From: Terriglobales bacterium
GTDB lineage: Bacteria > Acidobacteriota > Terriglobia > Terriglobales > SCQP01
DNA: 64,000 bases
Reading direction: 5' to 3'
NCBI GenBank assembly: GCA_050747905.1
Contig: JBOGKQ010000013.1
Location: 3,529-67,528 of the forward strand
Shown here: positions 1 to 9,563 of the stretch, in pieces
Layout of the letters: each line of letters begins with the position of its first letter
Position numbering within the stretch: the first letter of the stretch is position 1
Notes under the pieces: generated by a model
What the model saw: only the letters and a program-made list of their open reading frames with translations
What the model was told of the DNA's origin: nothing
Database searches by the model: none
Made by a program: the position numbers and the translations under genes

Positions 1-3000
1 AGCGGGTGCGTAGGTGGTGGTACCGGGCACCAGGCATTGCTTGCCGTGACTGTTATACACCGACGCGAACGCCGCCGGATTCAGCCACTGGTAGTTGCCC
101 GCCTCGGTTCCGGCGACGGGAGTATTCCTCGAATAGGGGCTGACGCCGGTCAAATAATAGGCCGTGTTGTCCGGGCCGGTTCCGTTGTGCAGGATGTTCA
201 AGCTCGGGCTACCAACAAAGATCGGGTCGCCACCTTGCGAGAACGTGGACCCGGAAATCTGCCAGCCATTGACGATCTGGCCGAGCAGGGCCGAGCCGTG
301 CACATGCCATGGCAGCGCATAAGTATAGTTCGCGCTCAGGACGTTGAACGGCGTGCCCGACTGGTCGCGGTAGGTCTCGCTCACCGGGATGGAATCGAGG
401 AAGGGCGCGTTGGTCTGCAGCGCATGCGCCCAGGCGTAGTTGAGGCCGAGCGTGAAGCCATGATAGCTGCGCCAGGTTGAGCCGAGCTGAAGGCCATTGT
501 AGGTGGTATAGCCATCGTAACGATCCTGGCTGATGGAGGTGAACCGGGCGTCCGGGGTGACGCCGGCGGCCGAATAGTAGAACGGCGCGAAGCAGCCCGA
601 GCAAAGGTTCTGGTACGAGTTCGGGTCCACCGTATCCTCGTTGTGATAGCTGCGGTTGCCAACGTAGTTGGCTTTGACGGAGATGCTCTGTCCAAGTTGG
701 CGTTCAATCCCGAAGCTCCACTCATCCGCATAGGGCGCACTCAGCCCTTGCTGCGGCTGGATGGTCAGCCGCTGCACGGGAACGCAGGCGGTCGGCGGAG
801 CTCCGGGTGCGGTGCAGGAGGGCGCCTTGGCCGCAAAATTTGACTGGAACAGTTGATTCGCCGTGCCCATGGCGCTCACCACGCTGTTGGCCTGGGAGGG
901 ATCGTACAGCGCATAACACTGCGGATTGCCCGCCCCAGCGCCCAGGACCTCGAACGGACAGCCAGCCGCGCTCGGTCCGGTTCCAGTGCCATCGGTGGGA
1001 ATCGTGCCCAAATCGCCTTGGTCATAACCGCCGTTGTAGCTGGGATCGAAAGGGGCGTTGCGCGCCATGTTGTCAATCGCATCCGCCGGCGCCACGGCTT
1101 CAAACATTCCCCAACCGCCAGTAACGAGGGTGTTCTGCCACGGCTGCCATGAAAACGCCAGCCGCGGCTGCGCGAACACAAACGGAACATGGCTGAAAAG
1201 CTTGTTCGAGGGGCCGATGACGTTGGCAGGAGAGATACCCAGCGAATGCGTCATCAGCTCCCAGTCCTGCGGGTTGCCCAGTACCCCGGCGGGATCATGC
1301 GGATTGCTGTTATTGGTCAGGCGCACGCCGTAGATGAAGGTAAAGTTGCGGCTCATCTGCCAGGTGTCGCCGGCATAGGCCTCGATCGAATAGATGCGCA
1401 CCGGCTGGTCGGGATTGACGGGTACCGAGATGCTCGCGTCGGGCGCCACGCCGTAGTCGAACTCCGCCAGGCTGCCGGCGCTAATGTTGGGCTTTTCGCT
1501 GCCCTCGAAGTCATAATCGGTAATCCACTCGCGCAGGAAGTTGACGCCCACGCGGAACTGGTGGCTGCCCTTCACTATGCTCAGGTTGTCAATGACGCCG
1601 AAATTGGTGACGTTGCGTCCCTGTGGGAACGAGGTCGAGCCCAAAGTGTCCCACGGCGTGTTGAAGCGCAAGGGCTGCACCGCGTCCACCACGGACTGAT
1701 CGGCGTACTCGAACGGGGCGCTGTACCAGAGCTGGCTGAAGCTCAAGTCGTTCACGACGTCGGGGGAGAAGATGTGCGTCCAGTCGCCGTTGGTGCCCCA
1801 CTCGGGCTGGAACGAGTCCTGGTTGAAGATGGGGTTGATGGCGCTCAGCCCGGTGGCCTGCAAGCCGCGGTCGTTCGTGTAGCTGAACCAGAAGGTGTTG
1901 TTTTCGCCGGGGTGCCAGTCCACGCGTGTAATCAGCTTGTTTTCCCACGTCAGATTGCTGCCGCTGAAGGTTACCTGGTTGGCGCAGCCGCTGTCGGTGG
2001 GTATGAAGTTGGCGTCGCCCTTCGCCTGACCGCCGGCCACTTGCGGGTTGAAGGTAGCGTCCAGGCTGCCGTTGGGCAGGAGGTTGCAGCCAAACATGGG
2101 ATACGGCGTGGACTGCAGGGCGGGGTTGTTGATTTTATACAGGGAGAGCTCATGCGACTGGAACGCGGCTTCCTGCGGCTGGGGAGGTAGGTAAAGATAG
2201 TTGCCGTTTTCGCCACTGGCCACGCCCGGCTGCGTCGCACCGCTCACGGCGCAGTTACCCGTCGCCGGCGCGGTGCCGCCCCCGGACGTGGGATTGAAAT
2301 ACGTGGGATCGGTTTCACATCCGCCGACCAGGAGCTGCTGCTTGGCATATTGTTCGTAGCCTGCCGTGGGCATCAGCACCCCGGTGTCCACGACCGGCAA
2401 ATCAATCCGCGCGCCTTCGTCGTCCACGAAAAAGAACACTTTGCTGTGCGCGATAGGACCACCCACGCTGCCAGTGTAAAAGTTGACGTTGTCGAAGGGC
2501 TTGGGCCCCACCGGCGACGTCATCTTCTGGAAAGTGTCGTAGGCGTTGAGCACGCGGCCGTTCCACTGCTCGCTGAGGTTGCCGTGCCAACTGTTGGTGC
2601 CGTGCTTGCTGACGTAGTTGACGTTGGCGCCCTCGGAATGGCCCTGGTCCACCGAATAGGGGTTGGTGGCGACCGTCACCTCGGAGATATCATTGGCGCC
2701 CATCGAGAGGTTGGTGGGGCCGGAGTTGTTGATGCCCAGGTAGGGGTCATTGTAGCTGCCGCCGTCAATGGTGAAATTGCTGGTTGTGCCCGGCAGGCCA
2801 TTGTAGGTGGCATTGTAGTAGCTGCCATTTTTCGTGATCGTCGCCCCCGGCGTCAACTGCGCCAGGTAGGTCAAGTCGTTGCCCGGATTGGGCAGGTTTT
2901 CGATGGCTTGCGCGTTGAGCGTGGTCGAGATGTTCGGATTTTCCGGCTGCAGCAGCGGCGCCTGGCCGGTGACCTCGACAGTTTGCGAGGTCTGGCCGAT

Positions 3001-3339
3001 CGCCAGCTTGAAGTTCAACCCGATATTGCTGGTCACCGCCACCGCCACAGCCACTTGCTTGGCGGTGCTGAAACCGGGGTGGGTGACGGTCACGGTGTAG
3101 CTGCCCGGTTGCAGCAGCGGAATGATGTAGCCGCCGTTGGGCTGGGTCACGGCGCGATAGGCGCCGCCAGTCTGCAGATTGATGGCCAGCACCGTGGCGG
3201 CGGGCACGGAGGCGCCGCTGGGATCGGTGACTTTTCCGCTGATCGCGCCGGTGGTGGCGTTTTGCGCCCAAGCTGCCCCCGCGCTCAACATCAGAGACAG
3301 CATCACCTGAATAAGAACCCTCACAGTTGGACGGATCAT
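1..3339 (-). CDS. TonB-dependent outer-membrane receptor with N-terminal carboxypeptidase-regulatory-like domain (C-terminus runs off the window)
   Basis: Hand translation from ATG (cat at 3337-3339): MIRPTVRVLIQVMLSLMLSAGAAWAQNATTGAISGKVTDPSGASVPAATVLAI... This gives a signal peptide followed by the SGKVTD..G..V motif typical of acidobacterial CarboxypepD_reg/TonB receptors. Every ORF listed in 1-3342 lies in the other frames, consistent with this frame staying open to the window edge. Confidence 0.75.
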   Translation of the reverse strand, partial: MIRPTVRVLIQVMLSLMLSAGAAWAQNATTGAISGKVTDPSGASVPAATVLAINLQTGGAYRAVTQPNGGYIIPLLQPGSYTVTVTHPGFSTAKQVAVAVAVTSNIGLNFKLAIGQTSQTVEVTGQAPLLQPENPNISTTLNAQAIENLPNPGNDLTYLAQLTPGATITKNGSYYNATYNGLPGTTSNFTIDGGSYNDPYLGINNSGPTNLSMGANDISEVTVATNPYSVDQGHSEGANVNYVSKHGTNSWHGNLSEQWNGRVLNAYDTFQKMTSPVGPKPFDNVNFYTGSVGGPIAHSKVFFFVDDEGARIDLPVVDTGVLMPTAGYEQYAKQQLLVGGCETDPTYFNPTSGGGTAPATGNCAVSGATQPGVASGENGNYLYLPPQPQEAAFQSHELSLYKINNPALQSTPYPMFGCNLLPNGSLDATFNPQVAGGQAKGDANFIPTDSGCANQVTFSGSNLTWENKLITRVDWHPGENNTFWFSYTNDRGLQATGLSAINPIFNQDSFQPEWGTNGDWTHIFSPDVVNDLSFSQLWYSAPFEYADQSVVDAVQPLRFNTPWDTLGSTSFPQGRNVTNFGVIDNLSIVKGSHQFRVGVNFLREWITDYDFEGSEKPNISAGSLAEFDYGVAPDASISVPVNPDQPVRIYSIEAYAGDTWQMSRNFTFIYGVRLTNNSNPHDPAGVLGNPQDWELMTHSLGISPANVIGPSNKLFSHVPFVFAQPRLAFSWQPWQNTLVTGGWGMFEAVAPADAIDNMARNAPFDPSYNGGYDQGDLGTIPTDGTGTGPSAAGCPFEVLGAGAGNPQCYALYDPSQANSVVSAMGTANQLFQSNFAAKAPSCTAPGAPPTACVPVQRLTIQPQQGLSAPYADEWSFGIERQLGQSISVKANYVGNRSYHNEDTVDPNSYQNLCSGCFAPFYYSAAGVTPDARFTSISQDRYDGYTTYNGLQLGSTWRSYHGFTLGLNYAWAHALQTNAPFLDSIPVSETYRDQSGTPFNVLSANYTYALPWHVHGSALLGQIVNGWQISGSTFSQGGDPIFVGSPSLNILHNGTGPDNTAYYLTGVSPYSRNTPVAGTEAGNYQWLNPAAFASVYNSHGKQCLVPGTTTYAPA

Positions 3340-3423
3340 TAATGACCTCCCCTGACCGGACAGATACTTTATACGCCCAACCACTGGAGGATGCAACCCC
3401 CTAATTTGCACGAAGTTACATAG

Positions 3424-3503
3424 GGTGGCGCGGGCCCTGCGCGGCTGCTGCGCGCGGCCCTGCGCGCCGATTTTGCCCACGGTGCCAAGCGGCGTGAACC
3501 CCT
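3424..3503 (+). repeat. Dispersed intergenic repeat family, short copy (modules i+iv)
   Basis: ggtggcgcgggccctgcgcggctgc...gcgccgattttgcccacggtgccaagcggcgtgaacccc shares both terminal motifs with the long copies at 3562, 27628, 55181 and 62397. Confidence 0.7.
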
Positions 3504-3561
3504 CGATATGATCATGCTATCATTTTCTTACCTCCGGCGACCGCGTTTCGCGGCAACTTTA

Positions 3562-3812
3562 GGTTGGCGCGGAACTCAGCCCGGCTGCTTCGCCCTGCTG
3601 GAGTTGCGCCGGGCGGCTTGCTCGCGTCGGGTTGCCCGCCCTGTTGTGAGTGCGCAGGGCGGGTTGGGAGCCCTTGGCCCCAACCCGACGCTGCGCCTCG
3701 CCGGGGCCGCGCCCGCGCATTTCCCTGGGGCGCTCGCTGGGACACTCGCCCGTGCGGAATTCCGCAGCCCTGCGCGCCGATTTTGCCCACGGTGCAAGGC
3801 GGCGCGACCCCC
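3562..3812 (+). repeat. Dispersed intergenic repeat family, long copy
   Basis: Starts ggttggcgcgg, contains gggttgggagcccttggccccaacccgacgctgcgcctcgcc, and ends gattttgcccacggtgcaaggcggcgcgacccc. Collinear with 27628-27859 and with the reverse complements of 55181-55431 and 62397-62685. Confidence 0.8.
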
Positions 3813-3843
3813 GCACCGCGGCGCTTGCTACACTGAGCCTGAC

Positions 3844-4872
3844 ATGGCGCAGCGATGGCTGGTTACCGGAGGCGCGGGATTCATCGGTTCCAATTTCCTC
3901 CGCCTCGTGCTGGCCTCGCAGCCGGATGTGCACCTGGTCAACCTCGATGCCCTGACTTATTCGGGAAGGCGTGAGAACCTGGCGGATTTGGAAAAGCGGC
4001 CTGGTTACGAGTTTGTTCAGGGCGACATCTGCCGGCCCGCCGCAGTGCGGCAAGCGCTGGCGCGGCTGGGCGGAGGGGCGGAGGCCATCATCCACTTCGC
4101 CGCCGAGAGCCACGTGGACCGCAGCATCCACGACGCCTCCGCCTTCATCCGTACCAATGTGCAGGGCACGCAGACACTGCTGGACGAGGCGCGCGCGCAC
4201 GGGGTTGGCCGCTTCCTGCACGTTTCCACCGATGAAGTCTACGGCAGCCTGGGGCCGGAGGGGCGTTTCCGCGAGGACTCGCCCCTGGCTCCTAACTCCC
4301 CCTATGCCGCCTCCAAAGCCGCCAGCGACCTGCTGGTGCGCGCCGCCTTCCACACCCACGGATTGCCGGCGATCATCACCCGCGCTTCCAACAACTACGG
4401 GCCCTACCAGTTTCCCGAAAAACTGATGCCTCTGGCGATAAGCAACGCCGCCGCGGACCAGCCCGTGCCCATGTATGGCCAGGGCGAAAACGTCCGCAAC
4501 TGGATTTACGTGGACGACCACGCGCGCGGCATCCTGGCGGCGCTGCAGCGCGGGCAGCCGGGGCAGGTCTACAACCTCGGCGGCAACGACGAAGTCGACA
4601 ACCGCACTTTGCTGCATACCCTGCTGCAGCTCATGGGCAAACCCAGCAGCTTGATCCGCAGCGTCACCGACCGGCCTGGCCATGACTTGCGCTACGCGCT
4701 CGATTCCCGCCGCGCCCATGAGGAACTGGGCTGGGCGCCTCAAGTATCGCTGCGGCAAGGGATGCTCGCCACGGTGGAGTGGTACCGGACGCATGCGGAT
4801 TGGCTGGCCAGCGCGCGCGACCGGCAATTCCGGGAGTATTACCAACGGCAATACGCGGAGGCCGAGGTATGA
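3844..4872 (+). CDS. rfbB: dTDP-glucose 4,6-dehydratase
   Basis: MAQRWLVTGGAGFIGSNF (Rossmann GxxGxxG), YAASKAASD (YxxxK), extended SDR fold. Start moved from the 3508 ORF start to ATG 3844 because 3508-3843 is repeat DNA. Confidence 0.9.
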   Translation: MAQRWLVTGGAGFIGSNFLRLVLASQPDVHLVNLDALTYSGRRENLADLEKRPGYEFVQGDICRPAAVRQALARLGGGAEAIIHFAAESHVDRSIHDASAFIRTNVQGTQTLLDEARAHGVGRFLHVSTDEVYGSLGPEGRFREDSPLAPNSPYAASKAASDLLVRAAFHTHGLPAIITRASNNYGPYQFPEKLMPLAISNAAADQPVPMYGQGENVRNWIYVDDHARGILAALQRGQPGQVYNLGGNDEVDNRTLLHTLLQLMGKPSSLIRSVTDRPGHDLRYALDSRRAHEELGWAPQVSLRQGMLATVEWYRTHADWLASARDRQFREYYQRQYAEAEV

Positions 4873-5624
4873 AGGGTGTGGTGCTGGCCGGCGGGCTGGG
4901 CACGCGGCTGCTACCGTTGACGAAGATCACCAACAAACACCTGCTCCCGGTCTACGACCGCCCGATGGTGTATTTTCCCATTCAGATGCTGGTGGACGCC
5001 GGCATCGAAGACGTGCTGCTGGTGACGGGCGGCAACAACGCCGGCGACTTCCTGCGCCTGCTGGAAAACGGGGAGGCGTTCGGTTGTTCGCTGCGCTACT
5101 CCTATCAGCGCGGCGAGGGCGGCATCGCCGCCGCCCTGCGGCTGGCGCGCGACTTTGCCGGCGGCGAAGCGCTTGCGGTCCTGCTCGGCGACAACCTCTA
5201 CGAACACGGGATCGCGGGCGCCGCGCGCGATTTCGAGCGGCAGCAGCGCGGGGCGCGCGTGCTGCTGAAACAGGTACCCGATCCGCAGCGCTTCGGGGTG
5301 CCCGCGTGGGAGGGCACGCATATCGCCAGGATTGTGGAAAAGCCCACGCATCCGCCCTCGCCCTATGCGGTGACGGGATGCTATTTCTATGACGCCTCGG
5401 TGTTTGACAAAATTGAGCGCTGCCAGCCCTCGGCGCGCCACGAGCTTGAAATCACCGATGTCAATAATCTCTATCTGGCGGAGGGGACGCTCGAATATAG
5501 CCTGGTCGAGGGCTGGTGGGCCGATGCCGGCACGGTCGAGTCGCTGCATCGGGCGGCCGGGCTGGTTGAGGTGGCCATGCGCACCGCACAGGGCGCCAAA
5601 CGCGGCGACTTGCCCACGCCCTGA
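4869..5624 (+). CDS. rfbA: Sugar-phosphate nucleotidyltransferase (glucose-1-phosphate thymidylyltransferase-like, short form)
   Basis: MKGVVLAGGLGTRLLPLTKITNKHLLPVYDRPMVYFPI matches the G-x-G-T-R-L nucleotidyltransferase signature. ATGA overlap with the rfbB stop at 4869-4872. Confidence 0.8.
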   Translation: MKGVVLAGGLGTRLLPLTKITNKHLLPVYDRPMVYFPIQMLVDAGIEDVLLVTGGNNAGDFLRLLENGEAFGCSLRYSYQRGEGGIAAALRLARDFAGGEALAVLLGDNLYEHGIAGAARDFERQQRGARVLLKQVPDPQRFGVPAWEGTHIARIVEKPTHPPSPYAVTGCYFYDASVFDKIERCQPSARHELEITDVNNLYLAEGTLEYSLVEGWWADAGTVESLHRAAGLVEVAMRTAQGAKRGDLPTP

Positions 5625-5643
5625 GCGCCAAATGACGCGAGAC

Positions 5644-6879
5644 TCAATCGCCGCCGCCGCGGCGAGTTGACAACCTGGGCAGCCGCGTGCGGGCCAGCAG
5701 CAGGGCGCCGGCCAGCATGAGCGCGGCGGCGGAGGCAAACGCCAGCGGCGGGGAGACCGCCCACAGCGAGCCCACCAGGGCGCTGGCGACAAAATCGCCG
5801 ACGCCGTCCACCGTGCCCAGGGCGCCATAGCCGGTGGCGCGCGCCGGAGCCTCCAGCAGTTCCGCCGAGATTGTTCCTTCCAGCGGGTCCTGGATGGCCA
5901 CGTAGGCGCCCGCGCCGGCAAATACCAGCGCCAACCCCAGCAGGCTGGAACTGTGCCGCGCCAGGAGAACCGCCAGCCCGGCCGCCGTCGCTGCGCCCAG
6001 CACATAGCCGCCCACCAGCAGCCGCGGCTTGGAGACGCGGTCGGCGAGCACCCCCACAGGAAACGCGCCGGCGGCATAGACGAGGTTATGAAGCACGTAC
6101 AGTAGCGCCGCCCCCTGCGCCGCATGGATGGCCCCGAGGCGCGGCGTCAGCATTTGCACGCCGGCGAGAATCAGCAACGTGTGGGAGAAGTCACCCAGAC
6201 CGAACAACCCCACCGCCCGCACAAAGCGGCCAAAATCGCCGGGTAGCGCGCGCACCGCATGCACCAGTCCGAGGCCGTGGCGCGCCGGATGGCTGCGCTC
6301 ACCCACCAGCAGCAACCATGCCGCCACCGCCGCCAGCCCGGGAATAAGCGCCAGCAGGAAAATCCAGCGATAGGGCTGCGCCAGCGACGGCCGTGGCAGC
6401 ACCGCCAGCAGCCCCACCCCCGCCAGCGGGCCCAGCACCGCGCCCAGCGTGTCGCCGGCACGATGCAGCCCAAACGCCTTGCCTCGCACCTCGGGCGCCA
6501 CCGCTTCCGCCAGCATCGCCTTGCGTAGCGGCGAGCGCACGCCCCGGCCCATCCAGGCGACGACGCGCCCGATTAAAATCAGCGGCCAGCTCACGGCCGC
6601 CGCCATGATCGCCAGCGCGGCCGTGGTGACGAAGTAGCCGCCCGCCACCAACGGCTTGCGCCGACCCACGCGGTCGGAAATCCATCCTCCTCCCAGCTTG
6701 ACGAAGCTCGAAGACGCGTCCGCCGTGCCCTCGATCCACCCCAGCGCCGCCGCGCTCAGCCCCAGGGCGCGGAAAAAACCCGGCAGCACGGCGGTCACCA
6801 TCTCGTGTCCGGCGTCGGACAAAAAACTGGTAAGCGTCATGCCCACGACGTCGCGGTTCAGCCAGCCCGGCCATCGCAT
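5644..6879 (-). CDS. MFS transporter
   Basis: 411 aa and multi-TM. Contains the DRVGRRKPL loop motif between TM2 and TM3 and FLSDAGHEM near the N-terminus. Alternative start at 6840. Confidence 0.8.
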   Translation of the reverse strand: MRWPGWLNRDVVGMTLTSFLSDAGHEMVTAVLPGFFRALGLSAAALGWIEGTADASSSFVKLGGGWISDRVGRRKPLVAGGYFVTTAALAIMAAAVSWPLILIGRVVAWMGRGVRSPLRKAMLAEAVAPEVRGKAFGLHRAGDTLGAVLGPLAGVGLLAVLPRPSLAQPYRWIFLLALIPGLAAVAAWLLLVGERSHPARHGLGLVHAVRALPGDFGRFVRAVGLFGLGDFSHTLLILAGVQMLTPRLGAIHAAQGAALLYVLHNLVYAAGAFPVGVLADRVSKPRLLVGGYVLGAATAAGLAVLLARHSSSLLGLALVFAGAGAYVAIQDPLEGTISAELLEAPARATGYGALGTVDGVGDFVASALVGSLWAVSPPLAFASAAALMLAGALLLARTRLPRLSTRRGGGD

Positions 6880-6907
6880 AACAGGGATATGATAGTAGGT
6901 GCAGCTC

Positions 6908-6961
6908 GGGCGTTGGAGTTCGCCTGACCCAACCGCTCCTCACGAGCAGATGACTCCTACC
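6908..6961 (+). promoter_or_regulatory. Fluoride riboswitch (crcB RNA motif) aptamer
   Basis: GGGCGUUGGAGUUCGCCUGACCCAACCGCUCCUCACGAGCAGAUGACUCCUACC aligns with the B. cereus crcB aptamer GGCGAUGGAGUUCGCCAUAAACGCUGCUUAGCUAAUGACUCCUACC. It sits directly upstream of crcB. Confidence 0.85.
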
Positions 6962-6987
6962 GAATTTTTCGCGTCAGGAGTCTCGCC

Positions 6988-7422
6988 ATGCCCGTCCCTG
7001 CTTCCGAACAAACCGAACTTGTCCGCCATGCGCTTTCCGGTCGCGTGCTGGCACTCGGCATTGCCCTGGCAGGCGCCCTGGGCGCGCTCAGCCGCTGGGG
7101 CCTGGGACAGTTCTTCGAAACCCTGGCGGGCGGGCGCTATCCCTGGGGCACGCTGGCGGCCAACCTGATCGGCTGCTTTATGCTGGGCCTGGTCATGGAG
7201 GCGGGAGCGCGCAGCCACTGGATGAGCGGCCCGGTGCGCCTCATCCTGTCAGTCGGCTTCATCGGCGCCCTGACCACGTTCTCCACCTGGGAATTCGAGA
7301 CCCTGCACATGGCCCGCGGTGGCGATGTGCTGCTGGCCGCCGGCAACTTCGCCGTCAATGTCTTCTTCGGTTTCCTGCTGCTGTGGGCCGGCGCCCGCCT
7401 AGCCGCGGTGTGGATGCCGTAG
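6988..7422 (+). CDS. crcB: Fluoride ion channel CrcB/FluC
   Basis: 144 aa with 4 TM segments. PWGTLAANLIGCFMLG and GFIGALTTFSTWEFE are typical CrcB motifs. AGGAG at 6976-6980 precedes the ATG. Confidence 0.9.
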   Translation: MPVPASEQTELVRHALSGRVLALGIALAGALGALSRWGLGQFFETLAGGRYPWGTLAANLIGCFMLGLVMEAGARSHWMSGPVRLILSVGFIGALTTFSTWEFETLHMARGGDVLLAAGNFAVNVFFGFLLLWAGARLAAVWMP

Positions 7423-7477
7423 CTGCAAGCGGCGGCCTCCCACCGTCTGCAGCCCGGCGGGCCTGCCTGCGATCAAT

Positions 7478-7750
7478 CTAAAGAGCGACGACCGACTGCA
7501 ATCCCGTAATTTCAAACGTCTTGCGGCAGCGCGGGTTGGAGCAGGCCAACTTGTCGTCGCGCCGCACCATGTAGCTCGACAGCTTGATGAATTTGGCGCG
7601 GTCGAGCGAATCGGCGCGAGGCGGGGGCGCAGGTTTCTTGCGCCGCACCACCCAGGTCACGGCGTATTCAGCCTCGGCGCGGCAATGCGGACAGATGAGG
7701 CGCGCCTTTCTGGCCTCGTTGGACTCGTTGAAAAACTCTCGCTCTTCCAT
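7478..7750 (-). CDS. Small zinc-ribbon protein (hypothetical)
   Basis: CPHC...CSNPRC forms a pair of CxxC motifs. Start taken at MEEREFF, which avoids overlap with the mrp stop at 7764. Confidence 0.45.
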   Translation of the reverse strand: MEEREFFNESNEARKARLICPHCRAEAEYAVTWVVRRKKPAPPPRADSLDRAKFIKLSSYMVRRDDKLACSNPRCRKTFEITGLQSVVAL

Positions 7751-7763
7751 ATTATCCAAGCCC

Positions 7764-8594
7764 TCAAGCGCGCACGTGCAGTACATCGCCCCCGCTGCTC
7801 AGCTCCCCCACCGCCGCCAGCATGCGCCGCGCCACCTCGAAAAATGGCCGCGCCGCCTCAGCGTCGGCGCCCTCGGTGGCCACCGGCTGACCGCTGTCGC
7901 CGCCGCGGCGCACCGCGGGCAGCAGGGGCAGGGCGCCCAGAAAGGGCACGCCGAACTTTTCGGCCGTCTGCTCGCCGCCGCCATGGCTGAAAATATCCAC
8001 TCCGTAGTGGCAGTGCGGGCAGGTGAAATAGCTCATGTTCTCGATCACGCCCAGCACGGGAATGCGCAACTGCTGGAACATGTTGAGCGCCTTGCGCCCG
8101 TCCTGGAGCGCCACATCGGAGGGAGTGGTCACCACAATAGCGCCCTCCAGCGGCACGCTTTGCGCCAGACTGAGGGCGATGTCGCCCGTGCCCGGCGGCA
8201 AGTCAATCAGCAGAAAGTCCAACTCGCCCCACTGCACCTGCCGCAAGAACTGCTGCATGGCGCTGTGCAGCATGGGCCCACGCCAGATCACCGGCTTGTC
8301 GCCGGGGTTGAGCAGCCCCATGGACATGAATCGCACCCCAAACTGCGACAGGGGCTGGATCTGGTTGCCCTCGAGCACTCGCGGCATCTCGGTTTTGCCC
8401 ATCATCAGGGGGACGTTGGGGCCATACACGTCGGCGTCCAGCAGGCCCACCATCTGTCCCAACTCGGCCAGGGCCACGGCCATATTCACGGCCACGGTGG
8501 TTTTGCCTACCCCGCCCTTGCCGCTGCCGATCGCCACCAAATGCTTCACGCCCGGCAGCGACTGGCTGGGCGCGGCTTGCGGAGGATGTGCCAT
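7764..8594 (-). CDS. apbC: Mrp/NBP35/ApbC family ATP-binding Fe-S cluster carrier
   Basis: VAIGSGKGGVGKTTVAVNMAVAL is a deviant Walker A; also LLIDLPPGTGD and CPHC. Start moved to MAHPPQ (cat 8592-8594). Confidence 0.9.
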   Translation of the reverse strand: MAHPPQAAPSQSLPGVKHLVAIGSGKGGVGKTTVAVNMAVALAELGQMVGLLDADVYGPNVPLMMGKTEMPRVLEGNQIQPLSQFGVRFMSMGLLNPGDKPVIWRGPMLHSAMQQFLRQVQWGELDFLLIDLPPGTGDIALSLAQSVPLEGAIVVTTPSDVALQDGRKALNMFQQLRIPVLGVIENMSYFTCPHCHYGVDIFSHGGGEQTAEKFGVPFLGALPLLPAVRRGGDSGQPVATEGADAEAARPFFEVARRMLAAVGELSSGGDVLHVRA

Positions 8595-8615
8595 AACAGC
8601 TTTATTATAGACGCT

Positions 8616-9548
8616 GTGATTTGCTCGGTTTCGCTCAACCCTGCGGTGGACAAATACCTGCGCCTGTCGCGCTTGCGCCGCGGCGAGCATCTGGAAGTGC
8701 AGGAGGTGGTATCCTCAGCCGGCGGCAAGGGCATCAACGTCGCCGGCGTGCTGCGCGTGCTGGGCGAGACGGTCGAGCTGATCGGCTTTTTCGGCGGCTA
8801 CACCGGCGACTATATCCTCGATGAGATTGCCCGCGAGGGCATCCACACCGATGCCGTGCGCATTCGCGCCACCACGCGCACCGCCTTTGTGCTGGTCGAG
8901 GAGGACGGTAGCGAGACCGAAGTGGTGGAACCCGGGGGCGCGGTCAGCGCGAGCGAAATTGACGCGCTGCGCAGCCGCCTGCGGCTGGCGGCGCGCCGGG
9001 CTGCCGTGGTGGTGCTCAGCGGCAGCGTCCCGCCGGGCTGCCCCGATGACATTTACGTGCAATTGCTGGGGGACTGCGGCGGCCATTGTCCGGTGATTGT
9101 GGACACCAGCCGCCGCTGGCTGGACGCCCTGCTGCAGGCGCGCCCCCAGCCCGGCGCGGCGGTCATCAAGCCCAACCGCCGCGAAGCCGAGTGGGTCCTG
9201 AATGAATCCCTCGGCGACGAATTCGCCATGCAGCGCGGGCTGCGGCGCCTGGCTGGCGCGGGCGTGGCCATGCCGATAATTTCCAATGGCGCCGACGGGT
9301 TCTACGCCTTCGCCGGCGGGCGCATGTGGCACGCCCGCATGCCCGCGCTGGAGCGGGTCAACTCCGTCGGTTCCGGCGATGCCACCGTCGCGGGCCTGGC
9401 CGCCGGCTTGGCGCGCGGCCTCCCGCCGGAAGCCATGCTCCGTCTCGCCGCCGCCTGCGGTGGCGCCAACGTCCTCACCAAGGAGTGCGCCCGCGTCCGC
9501 CCCGAAGACGTCGCCCGCCTCCTCGACCGGATTACAATCCGGAGCTAG
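8616..9548 (+). CDS. PfkB-family 1-phosphofructokinase/hexose-phosphate kinase
   Basis: ICSVSLNPAVDKYL, SAGGKGINVA and GSGDATVAG match the PfkB signatures. Only the C-terminal 310 aa of the 654-aa ORF are plausible. The GTG at 8616 avoids overlap with the divergent mrp. Confidence 0.8.
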   Translation: MICSVSLNPAVDKYLRLSRLRRGEHLEVQEVVSSAGGKGINVAGVLRVLGETVELIGFFGGYTGDYILDEIAREGIHTDAVRIRATTRTAFVLVEEDGSETEVVEPGGAVSASEIDALRSRLRLAARRAAVVVLSGSVPPGCPDDIYVQLLGDCGGHCPVIVDTSRRWLDALLQARPQPGAAVIKPNRREAEWVLNESLGDEFAMQRGLRRLAGAGVAMPIISNGADGFYAFAGGRMWHARMPALERVNSVGSGDATVAGLAAGLARGLPPEAMLRLAAACGGANVLTKECARVRPEDVARLLDRITIRS

Positions 9549-9563
9549 CGGGCGCGCGAGCAA

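Noticed and set aside
1189-3342. Plus-strand ORFs 1189-2190 (333 aa) and 2350-3342 (330 aa).
   Set aside because: They are antisense to the TonB-dependent receptor frame, which stays open from 3339 to the window edge. They have no motifs.
3508-3843. N-terminal 112 aa of the 454-aa ORF that contains rfbB.
   Set aside because: This part is a translation of the dispersed repeat element (3562-3812). The canonical Rossmann N-terminus starts at the ATG at 3844.
3559-6125. Minus-strand ORFs 3559-4851 (430 aa) and 4911-6125 (404 aa).
   Set aside because: They are shadow ORFs opposite rfbB and the nucleotidyltransferase, and out of frame over the MFS gene. They are Arg/Gly/Ala-rich with no domain signatures.
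7584-8615. Upstream two thirds of the 654-aa ORF ending at 9548.
   Set aside because: It is antisense to the Mrp/ApbC gene and the zinc-ribbon gene. Only the PfkB-like C-terminal 310 aa are credible.
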